The notes under the pieces: generated by a model
Databases searched by the model: none
What the model saw: only the letters and a program-made list of their open reading frames with translations
Told to the model about the DNA's origin: nothing
Shown: positions 40,261 through 50,471 of the stretch, one piece after another
Numbering within the stretch: the stretch's first letter is position 1
Layout: each line of letters opens with the position of its first letter
Source of the DNA: Octopus sinensis
Taxonomy: Eukaryota
NCBI RefSeq assembly: GCF_006345805.1
Contig: NC_043003.1
Coordinates: 72,044,001-72,108,000, forward strand
Length of the DNA stretch: 64,000 nt
Direction: 5' to 3'
Translations under genes and position numbers: made by a program

Positions 40261-40944
40261 TTGGCAGCAAACCTGATAACAAATTTATTCACTAAATTTG
40301 CATGTTATTTAGGTTTTGTAAAATAATAGCAATATAAACCACCTCAGGTTGAATGACAGATTACTTCTAGTTTAATAACATTAAAGACTTGAAAAAGGGC
40401 ACTGGAAAAAGGAAACTGAATGAAACCCAATAAAATCAGCAAAACCTTACCATCTTTGTATCGTGTCTTCTTTGTTTCACCTGTTATCCGTGGTTAATTT
40501 TTCTTCGTAACAGCACGCAATGTTTTTTTTTTATCTACGATTTTTATCTACTTCTCAGTGACCCCTGCTCTACTCTTTTAGTCTCCCTTCTTTCTTTCTT
40601 TCTCTCTCTCTCGTTCTCCTCTTTCCCCGTCTCTCTTTCGCTCTTCCATCTGTTTTTCTCATTATAGTCTATTCTCTTTTCCCACTTATTTTTTTTTGTT
40701 CGATTCTAACCTTTCCACAATGCTTTTATGTTTTACTGATTCTCATTCTCTGACTTGCTGCCGGCTACTTCACTCTCTGTACTGTCACTTTCATTGTTCG
40801 AGGGCTATCATGCCCATGCATTTCCTCTGAACGTTACAGCTTGCGCAGTCGTTTCCAGTTCCGCTTCTGATGCAAAAGTATGGAGGCCATGTGCGGATCT
40901 TATCCTGCATGTTTTACTAGTTGTCTGCGCATAATTTACACACA

Positions 40945-40975
<31 letters not shown>

Positions 40976-41058
40976 TACACGCACAGGTATGTTGATGCAA
41001 ACAAGAAAAATAGAACTCAAAATATGAGTATATGTATACTTTTATTAATATTTAGCAG

Positions 41059-41149
41059 AAGTAACAGAGTGACTCAAGGTCCGGGAGTTTCGTGTATTGG
41101 CACAATACCAATGTATGAAACTATCGGACCTTGAGTCACTCTGTTACTT
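41059..41149 (+). other. 91-nt hairpin (42-bp stem, 7-nt loop)
   Basis: Outer 25 bp perfect; remainder has 4 G-U pairs and 1 mismatch on the + strand. Confidence 0.9.
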
Positions 41150-41233
41150 TTACTATATGTATATATATATATATATATATAAGAAATATTGAATTTCTAA
41201 ATCTCTCGTAGAGACATGTACGGTCGTGGGACG

Positions 41234-41495
41234 ATAGAATGGTTGTATACTGTCAATCTAACAAGAACGTGACAGTAGGGGGTACACCACCGCTGTATAG
41301 CCCTAGGAAGCATCGAACGCCTCCTGATGGCTTTGACACATTTTCCCCTGTGTCCTTATATACATTTACGAAGGGACACAGGGAAAAATGTGTCAAAGCC
41401 ATCAGGAGGCGTTCGATGCTTCCTAGGGCTATACAGCGGTGGTGTACCCCCTACTGTCACGTTCTTGTTAGATTGACAGTATACAACCATTCTAT
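41234..41495. repeat. Near-perfect 262-bp palindrome (124/125-bp arms, 13-nt loop)
   Basis: One substitution and one 1-bp indel between arms; flanked on the right by (TA)n. Confidence 0.95.
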
Positions 41496-41608
<113 letters not shown>

Positions 41609-41784
41609 GCTTGTGAGAATGCATTTTAGCGATCAGATCACAGTTGCAGAGCAGAAATTTTTACATGTCATGAAATAAATTCAAAGTGAATTAAGTAGGT
41701 TTATGTGTTATTAAATAGTTTGCCTTTTATTTAGTCACATTACTAACATGCTGCCCAATATTTCTCCAATTTTAAAGTGGTGAA

Positions 41785-41977
41785 CTGACAGAAACGTTAG
41801 CACGCCGGGCGGTATTTCGTCTGTCTTTATGTTCTGAGTTCAAATTCCACCGAGGTCAACTTTGCCTTTCATCCTTTCGGGGTCGAGAAAGTAAGTAGCA
41901 GTTGTATACTGAGATCTATCTAATCGACTAGCCACTCCCACAAAATTTCGAGCCTTGTGTCTAGCGTAGAAAAGAAT
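41785..41977 (+). mobile_element. SINE monomer (GGCGAGCTGGCAGAA family, GAAAAGAAT tail)
   Basis: Head with internal deletion, core and tail similar to 42223-42389. Confidence 0.85.
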
Positions 41978-41993
41978 ATTTTTCTAGTTTTAT

Positions 41994-42389
41994 GGCGGCG
42001 AGCTGGCAGAAACGTTAGCATGGTGGGCAAAATGCTCAGCGGTATTTCGTCTGCCGCTACGTTCTGAGTTCAAATTCCGCCGAGGAACTTTGCCCTTCAT
42101 CCTTTCGGGGTCAATTAAATAAATACCAATTACGCACTGGGGTCGATATAATCGACTTAATCCGTTTGACTGTCCTTGTTTGTCCCCTCTGTGTGTAGCC
42201 CCTTGTGGGGAGTAAAGAAATAGGTATTTCGTCTGCCTTTACGTTCTGAGTTCAAATTCCGCCGAGGTCGACTTTACCTTTCATCCTTTCGGGGTCGATA
42301 AATTAAGTACCAGTTACGTACTGTGGTCGATCTAATCAACTTGCCCCTCCCCCAAAATTTCGTGCCTTGTGCCTAGAGTTGAAAAGAAT
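41994..42389 (+). mobile_element. Composite/dimeric SINE with 16-bp target-site duplication
   Basis: Tx1-type-tailed unit (to 42222) fused to a head-less second unit; ATTTTTCTAGTTTTAT at 41978-41993 and 42390-42405. Confidence 0.85.
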
Positions 42390-43671
42390 ATTTTTCTAGT
42401 TTTATTCCGTCCGAACATACCCTAAAGATATATTATCTAAATTCAAAATCCAGCTTTAGTTGCAATATTTTGAAGTTTTCTCATCTTCATTTCTGAATTT
42501 TTTCCAGAGTTACTTATTTAAAAATAACTGTACCTGCGCCTGTACTTTGCCTGCGTCTCCATTCTTCTTCAGGCAACGCTTCTTAGAAGCACAAAAATAA
42601 TTGTTATTGGGTAAAACTCAAAAAGCATCAAGGCTAAAATATTTTTATTTCAAAATATTAGACAATATTAAAAAAGTGAATATTATAAACTGACAAAAAT
42701 TAAATTATGTAAGAAAAGTCAATGAGGAGCTAGGAACGAAGACAGAAAATGTTAATAAAGCAGTAGTAGATGAAGCGAATAAACAAAGTCAGAAACCATT
42801 ATTGCAAATATGAAACAAAAGTAGTCTGCTCACATTCATATTCTTCAGAAATACCTTGAGGAGCACACCGACAGTCTTCTCATTGATTAAGCCCATGAAA
42901 CCATCATGATAAACCAAGCATTGTATTGCCAGCATAAAGCATATCGATTCGGTTTCTTCCTAATTTTCTGAAAACGAATATTTATAAATGAAATTTTGGA
43001 GAGATACGTTTCGAGAGTACGATGGTGTTGACAAGATAAAAATTAAGGAATTTAAGATCATTTTCCTCTCTCCATCCCTAATGCGTTTTTCATAACTCTC
43101 TTTAAAATACATAGTTTCAAACGACATTTTGCAGAAAAACGTTTGTTTTGAGAGTGTGGAGTCCAAATGTTTTTTAACAGAAAATTTAAGAAATTTCGGC
43201 TCGTTCACTCTCCCTACTGATCCAACTTTGCTCCCGCCAATCTCCTAACATAAACAGTTTTCATTTATTCAGATTTCTATGTTTGAAGCATTAACTTCAC
43301 GTAATCCACACTCAAAATTGTATTTCTGCAAAATGTCATATAAAATGTCATTGCCGAATCGAGCACTTGACGTTGAACAGTTTCGAGAAGAAACCGTTCA
43401 CCCAAACGATGTTTGAAGCATTAACTTCACGTAATCCACACACTAAAAAATGTCATTTAAAATATGCATTTTCATAAGATTTATGACGAAACACAGTCGG
43501 GAAGAGGAAAATGTTCCCAAACTTCTTCTGAAAAGGGTTAGTGGTATCAACATATTCTACACTCTCTCGATGTATCGATGCAACATTTCATTGAATAATA
43601 TGCGTTTTAGAAATTAAAGTAGAAACAAAATGGGTAGGGTACCAATTTGTAGCTATATATAAATACACACA

Positions 43672-43830
43672 GGCGTGGCTGTGTAGTAAGAAGCTTGCTT
43701 CCCAACCACATAGTTCCGGGTTCAGCCCCACTGCGTGGCACCTTGAGCAGGTGTCTTTTACTATAGTTTCGAGCCGATTAAATCTTTGGTAGTGGATTTG
43801 GTGGGCGGAAACTGAAAAACGCCCGTCGTA
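43672..43830 (+). mobile_element. 5' half of GGAGTGGCTGTGTGG-family SINE
   Basis: GGCGTGGCTGTGTAGTAAGAAGCTTGC...AAACGCCCGTCG then (TA)n. Confidence 0.8.
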
Positions 43831-43940
43831 TATATATACATACATATATATATAGTTTTATATGATCACCTTATATGCATAAACCACGCTACTAATAGTT
43901 TCAAGAACATGGAAACCCAAGTACGTTCTTCAAGCGTGAC

Positions 43941-45750
43941 TTCTTACTTGCCCACAAGGGGCCAAACATAGAGGAGACAATACAAATAAGGAAGGGATCG
44001 ATATACCGAATGGTTTTACACATAAAGATGACTAGAAGTTTAAAATTTTGATTAAAACGAATGATAGACAAACCAATTACAAACACAATGAAGTGGGGAC
44101 GGGCTCTGCTTCGACCCCGCAAGCCCCGTGTCACCACTGTAACATTTTAATGACCTTATGGATACACTATGCGAGTTCATTCTTTCTCATGATGTTCACA
44201 ACAGCCTTCCATCTTTTCCCATATATATTAGGCAACAGGCATTTTCTCTACAGCTTTTTTTTCCTCTTAAGGTGGAAAATGAAGTTTGCTAGCACAAGAC
44301 TGGAGATAAACGCATTCTGCTGCCAGTTGGTGAAGATGCATGCCAGTAGGTGCCCAAACAAGTCTGGTATACTGAAATAAAGCTCGTAAGGGAGACCATC
44401 TAGCCCTGGTGACTTGTCCCCGCTGCAGTCGGACATAGCTTCCTTCACCTCCGCAGCTGTTATCAGCCCTTCATAGCATTTCGCTTCCTGCCCCGTGAGA
44501 CGCGGTATACCTTGAGGTCCCTCCTGCACTTCGGCCTGCCGCCCTTCCCGAAAAGCATGGTGAAGTGCTCCTGGAAGACCTTACACATCTCGGGTTCGTT
44601 TACCAAATTCCCTTGTTGATTCGTCATAGACCTTATTGTGCCATCATTTTCACGTTTGGTCTGTATCACACGGGTCCATCCAGCAGCATTGATTCTCTCT
44701 CGTCCCATTGCACGTTGCTTAGCCCTGACTATATATCCTTCGTGTTTAGCTCGAGGTGTTGATTAAGAGCCAATCTCGCAGCTAAAACTCGGGGTGCAGA
44801 GCCAGAGTGCAATGCTTCATCTAGGGACCTAACTGAATCCCTTTATACTCTATTTTTCTTAACCACTAATTCTTTGCTGTATCTAATAGACTAAAATTTT
44901 ATAGCTCTTTTGAAGGCATACCACCATTTGTTGTTAATGATGGCTCCAGACAATACCCTCAACACTAACCTAATCCGACTCCTGTACTACTCATGAATCA
45001 AAAGAGACTTATTGAGTTTCCAGTAGCCGGATTCCTGTCTACGTAACTTATCTAAGTCCAGCCTACAGGTCACAAATTTGTGATCAGTGTAGCTGATGTG
45101 ATAAAATTGTGGACGTCTAACTAGGTTTTTATCTTTCTGCCTAATTATAATCCTATCTAAATAAGATCTAGATGACCCATCGCCATTAGTCCGTGTCCGC
45201 AGTGGAGCGTCTGAAACACCTAGTCTGTACCTATCTGCCAGCTGAAACCAACTGAGCAGAGTTTTGAAGCACAGTTCCGTCCCCCTCCCTGAATCCGTGT
45301 ACGAGCCAACGTAATTTACTCGTGCATCGCAGATTCTGTTAAAGTCACCTAGCATCACTATAGTTTGAGATGTTCCTAGAAATTTCTCTAGGCCTCGAAA
45401 AAAGTCAGTCTGTCCAGCTCCCGAGGGAGAGTAGACAGCTACCACTGCTGGTCGTCACTCAAGGACGATCAACTTGTCTTCCGGGTCGATAAAGATTATT
45501 TTTGTCTCTAAATCCAAACTTTTACTGAGCAGCACAGCGACACCTCTCCCTCCTTCAGGTAGGCATGAAGAAATAAATTTCTAGTAGCCATTTAGGAATG
45601 GGATAAAGTCTCTCTGACTACTCAGTTTGGACTCTGTGGCAGTTACAATATCCATACTATGTGACCTGAAGTCATTAAGGAAGCGACCTTGTTTCCAATT
45701 TGATTCCAAGTCGCAAACATCCAAGCACCCTACAATTAGTGTATCGATAA
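43941..45750 (-). mobile_element. Tx1/L1-clade LINE ORF2 deletion derivative: AP endonuclease + linker fused to the C-terminus and 3' UTR
   Basis: APE motifs VAVYSP, MLGDFN, SYLDRI, SYTDHKFV, GYWKLN; KSPGLDGLPYE (start of the RT region) runs in frame into FIFHLKRK near 44300; 3' tail ...CCCCTTGTGGGCAAGTAAGAA. Confidence 0.85.
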
Positions 45751-47768
45751 ACGGTTAGTTGGCGGGAAAGAGAGGTGAAAGATAAAGGAGAAAGAAAAAG
45801 AGGATCAGGCGAAGAATGAGACAAACATTGAGAGAAAGAAAAAACGAGAGAGAAAAAGACGGATAGAGAAAAAGAGTTAGAGAGAAGCGTCCATAGCGTG
45901 ATGCAGGGGGTAGCAATAATTTTAGCAGAAGGGTGATGTTCTGATGGTAAGTTTATAAAAAAAGGCAGTGAGAAAGAGAGAAATAAAGAGAGGAGGGAGA
46001 GATGGTGAGGATGGAGATAGATGATGATGGTATTAGTGATGTGGTGGTGGCGGTGCTGTAGGTGAAGATGGTGGTGGTGATTGGTGGTGATTGAACTAGA
46101 TTTTTTATATCACCTATCACTTAGCGCATGCGCATAAGTGTAATTTTATGAAATATTTACGCTTATTTACATGACAATGTGCAATTTATGTGCAATTTAA
46201 CTAAAGGTTGTATCATATGTACAGGATATTTTTGTTTTTTTTATTTGTTTATAGGAAAATGGAAAAATAAGAGTGAATACTATTTTATGTGTTGTGTATT
46301 AAGTCTATAAAATTGTGCATAAAGTATATAAAGTGAATTAAGTAATCATTGTGTTCCAATTTCTTTCACTTTTCAATGAGTAGTAGATGAGCGACTATCT
46401 TTCCATACAAACACAACGCAGGCTACGCTTTCAGGATTTGGGGATAAAGTTTTCAAAAATAACCCAATAGGTTTACCATTTCCGTGAAATATTTACGGGT
46501 CTCACTAGTCATTTATAGCAGTTTCAATGTATTTTTGTTACCGTTTCATCTTGTCAGAAACTATTTTAATAATCTGACTCTGCGTATCTAGAAATACGTT
46601 GCGTTATCTACAATGTATTATCAGTTGACAATGTATTATCAGTTGACAAGTTGACAAAGGTAAAGTATGTTTTGAGAGAAATTTGACTGCTATTTCTAGA
46701 TGATAGAAAGTTCACGTAGTGGCCCGTCGTTATATTAGCTAACACTTAATATTGTTATTACAGCTGTGATGAGGGTAATGTAGGTAAAGTATATGTATGT
46801 GGGTATATGTGTATTTACATTTTCTTATATGAATATATTCACACGTACATACATAAATGGACACACACACACGCACACGCACGAACACACATGCACACAC
46901 ATACACACACATTAACGTACATATACACACGCATATATATAAACATAAATACGTCGATATTACTGCTTACATGTGTTTGTGTATGTACACACACTTGCAT
47001 ACACACGCACACGCGCACGTACACACACTTGCATACACACGCACGCGCGCACGTACACACACATATTGGTGTAAACAAATATTGCATTTTCGTTTGTATG
47101 CACGGACACACACTCACATTCAGAAGTAAATATGAAATAGGCATATATATATATATATATATATATGTCTGCTATATGTTCTTATATATATGTATGTAAG
47201 AAAGGATGGATGGATAGATAGATGGATGGCTAGCTGGATGGCTGGCTGGCTGGATGGATGGATGGATGGATGGGTGAATGAATGAATTGATGCATGTTTG
47301 TATCTATTCATTCATAGGCTCATTACATGTTTCCTAGTTTTTCACTCTCTGTATATTGTAGTGAGATGTCTTTGGTTTGTGTTAGCCATACGAACTAAGA
47401 TCAATTATCTTGATTTTCAGTCAACAGCTGATGAGAAAGAAAGCTTTCTATGTTTCTTATCCAGGTGCGTCTTACCTGCTGCCTGTGCTTTATATTCCTT
47501 GAGTTTAATAATAACACCGAGCTGCCATTTTGTCCACGTGAATGTGTATTTCTTAGCGCCCAGCTTCTCCACTTCTCTTGATTTCTTCTCTCTCTTCCTT
47601 ATTTCGTTGTCTTTCTCTTCTTCCATTTTCGTTTCTCTTCTATATTTCCTTTTAGAAAAAAATCGTTATCTCTCTTTCTCATCCTTGTTTGACTCTAATC
47701 TTCCCACAATTCAAGATTTTACGGTCTCATCAAAATTCTTTCTTTTCAATCTTGAATCTGTTACGTGT

Positions 47769-47814
<46 letters not shown>

Positions 47815-48083
47815 TTCAAGGATGTGCGTCTAACATTTCACTAATATTTCCTCTTGGTAAGTCTTTATGCCCAATCATCTCCGGCATGTTGTCTTGTTCA
47901 TCCTCGTCGAAAGAGATTTTCTAATATTCTTTGTCACATCAACTTGTGCTTTGCTTGCCTCAGCCCTACGAACTACATGCATGAGTATGAACATGTGCGT
48001 ATCCATGGTGTATGTGGTGTGGCCTTGGCCTGGGTCAATCTTTGCTCGAAACACATTTAAGCTATCTAAGTTTTCTAAGTACA

Positions 48084-48122
<39 letters not shown>

Positions 48123-48297
48123 AATTCAAAGGACAAATAAATAAATAATTATTCTATGCACTACATTAACTAACAACAGTTAGCTAATGAAGTTCATAGA
48201 ATAATTATCTATTCCCGTGTCAACTCAATTTCTTGTTACTGCTTTGTATTTGGGTGACAATTCATTCTAAAGCATATATATATATTGAGTTCTTATC

Positions 48298-48332
<35 letters not shown>

Positions 48333-48336
48333 ATAT

Positions 48337-48370
<34 letters not shown>

Positions 48371-48934
48371 ATTGTTATTTTCAATCCATGACATAGCGAC
48401 GTATAATTCTGTGTAAGGGTAATGACATACACACACAATCACACACACACGCACGCACACACACATATATATATTTCTAAGTAAAAACCGTAGAAATGGT
48501 ACAATTAAAATTTGAAGTAAGGCTGAATCAAAAAAATACCTCACAGAGTCAGTGAGGCGACAGCTTGCTCCTGTAAAACGTTGAACTATAAAGTGAAAAA
48601 CAATAACGTTTGACGTGTACAGTGAAGTTTAATACTCCGAAGAAACAGAAGAGGATCTGCCCTTCTGAGTGATACCCTATGTGAAAAAAGAACAGAAACA
48701 CAATTAAGGTAAGAGAAAAGAAAACTACATGATATCGAAAAAAGAAAAGAATCTACTCTCAGTTCTTTTTTCTTCGTTTTCTTCTCTCTGATAATGAGTC
48801 AGATTCTCTTGTATTTCATCTTCTGCCATATCAAACTTCATTATACACTTCTTTGTTATGTTTTGCTTTATATTTCTACTCTCATAGATTGTTTACCCCC
48901 GCAAGATGATTTTGTTTGTTTGCTTTTTCTTTGC

Positions 48935-49055
48935 TACATGGTCCCGGATTCAATCCCACTGCGTGCAGTCTGGGGAAGGTGTCTTCTTCTATAGCCTCGG
49001 ACCGACCAAAGCCTTGTGAGTGGATTTGGTAGACGGAAACTTAAAGAAGCCCGTC

Positions 49056-49057
<2 letters not shown>
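48935..49057 (+). mobile_element. 5' half of a GGAGTGGCTGTGTGG-family SINE interrupted by the hammerhead element
   Basis: TATAGCCTCGGACCGACC...AAGAAGCCCGTCG then (TA)n; the matching 3' half resumes after 50160. Confidence 0.85.
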
Positions 49058-49123
<66 letters not shown>

Positions 49124-49128
<5 letters not shown>

Positions 49129-50156
49129 TCAATATAGGATGGCAAAAAAGTTTGTAGAATTTTTTTGCCACCAGCGGCCTAGTGGGAATAAATTAAATAG
49201 TCATAGACCATTTTTAAGTTCAACATCACAATCAAGGAACGGCCATAATAGGCCATTCACCCACTAGAAATAACAGCCAAAAGCTTCAACGGCAAAATAA
49301 CATCAATTCCGTAAACCAGGAGAAAATTAAAAAAACATTTACCCTGTAATTTCTTATACGATGCACCGTTTCATCTACTGTTTAATGGTAAACTAACCTG
49401 ATTAAATTAAATCAAGCCAATCTTTCATAGGCCCTTAGAATCATCAGTACTGATGATTCTAAGGGCCTTTGGAAGATTGGCTTGATTTAATTTAATCAGG
49501 TTAGTTTACCATTAAACAGTAGATGAAACGGTGCATCGTATAAGAAATTACAGGGTAAATGTTTTTTTAATTTTCTCCTGGTTTACGGAATTGATGTTAT
49601 TTTGCGGTTGAAGCTTTTGGCTGTTATTTCTAGTGGGTGAATGGCCTATTATGGCCGTTCCTTGATTGTGATGTTGAACTTAAAAATGGTCTATGACTAT
49701 TTAATTTTTTCCCACTAGGCCGCTGGTGGCAAAAAAATTCTACAAAATTTTTTGCCACCCTATATTGATTAATTATGAATTTTCTGGTTAATTCCGTAAT
49801 GGAATCGGCGGCTTATATTTATTTGCTGCCGATAAATTTGGCGCGAGTGCGATGATTTGAAAATTTTAGGTCAGATATTGCCGAGACAGAGACGGAAATG
49901 CCTCGTGAAAATATCTGTTCCGACTTGGCTATTTCTTACTGATGATTCTAAGGGCCTATGGAAGATTGGCTTGATTTAATTTAATCAGGTTAGTTTACCA
50001 TTAAACAGTAGATGAAACGGTGCATCGTATAAGAAATTACAGGGTAAATGTTTTTTTAATTTTCTCCTGGTTTACGGAATTGATGTTATTTTGCGGTTGA
50101 AGCTTTTGGCTGTTATTTCTAGTGGGTGAATGGCCTATTATGGCCGTTCCTTGATT

Positions 50157-50160
<4 letters not shown>
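49124..50160. mobile_element. ORF-less hammerhead-bearing element (retrozyme-like / Penelope pLTR array): inverted copy + direct copy + partial third copy
   Basis: Palindrome 49124-49773 centred at 49448/49449; direct repeat 49449 vs 49938 (period 489); (TA)n on both sides. Confidence 0.85.
49931..50037 (+). ncRNA. Complete type I hammerhead ribozyme motif
   Basis: Stem I ATTTCTTA/TAAGAAAT (8 bp); CTGATGA 49939-45; stem II TCTA/TAGA with a U-U base; GAAA 50014-17; stem III ACGG[TGCA]TCGT; cleavage predicted after GUA at 50029. Confidence 0.82.
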
Positions 50161-50232
<72 letters not shown>

Positions 50233-50471
50233 ATGTGCAAATATATATATTGTGGGTGTGTGTGTCTGTGTCTGTGTTTGTCTCCCACCACCGCTTGACA
50301 ACCGGTGTTGGTGTGTTTACGTCCCCGTAACTTAGTGGTTCGGTAAAAGTGACCGGTAGAACGAGTACTAGGCTCTAGTAAATAAGTCCCGGGGTCGATT
50401 CATTCGACTAAAATTTCTCCAAGGTGGTGTCCCGGCATAACCACAGTCTAATGACTAAAACAAGTAAAAGA
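50161..50471 (+). mobile_element. 3' half of the interrupted SINE
   Basis: Microsatellite, then CCACCGCTTGACAACCGGTGTTGG...ACCACAGTCTAATGACTAAAACAAGTAAAAGA. Confidence 0.85.
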
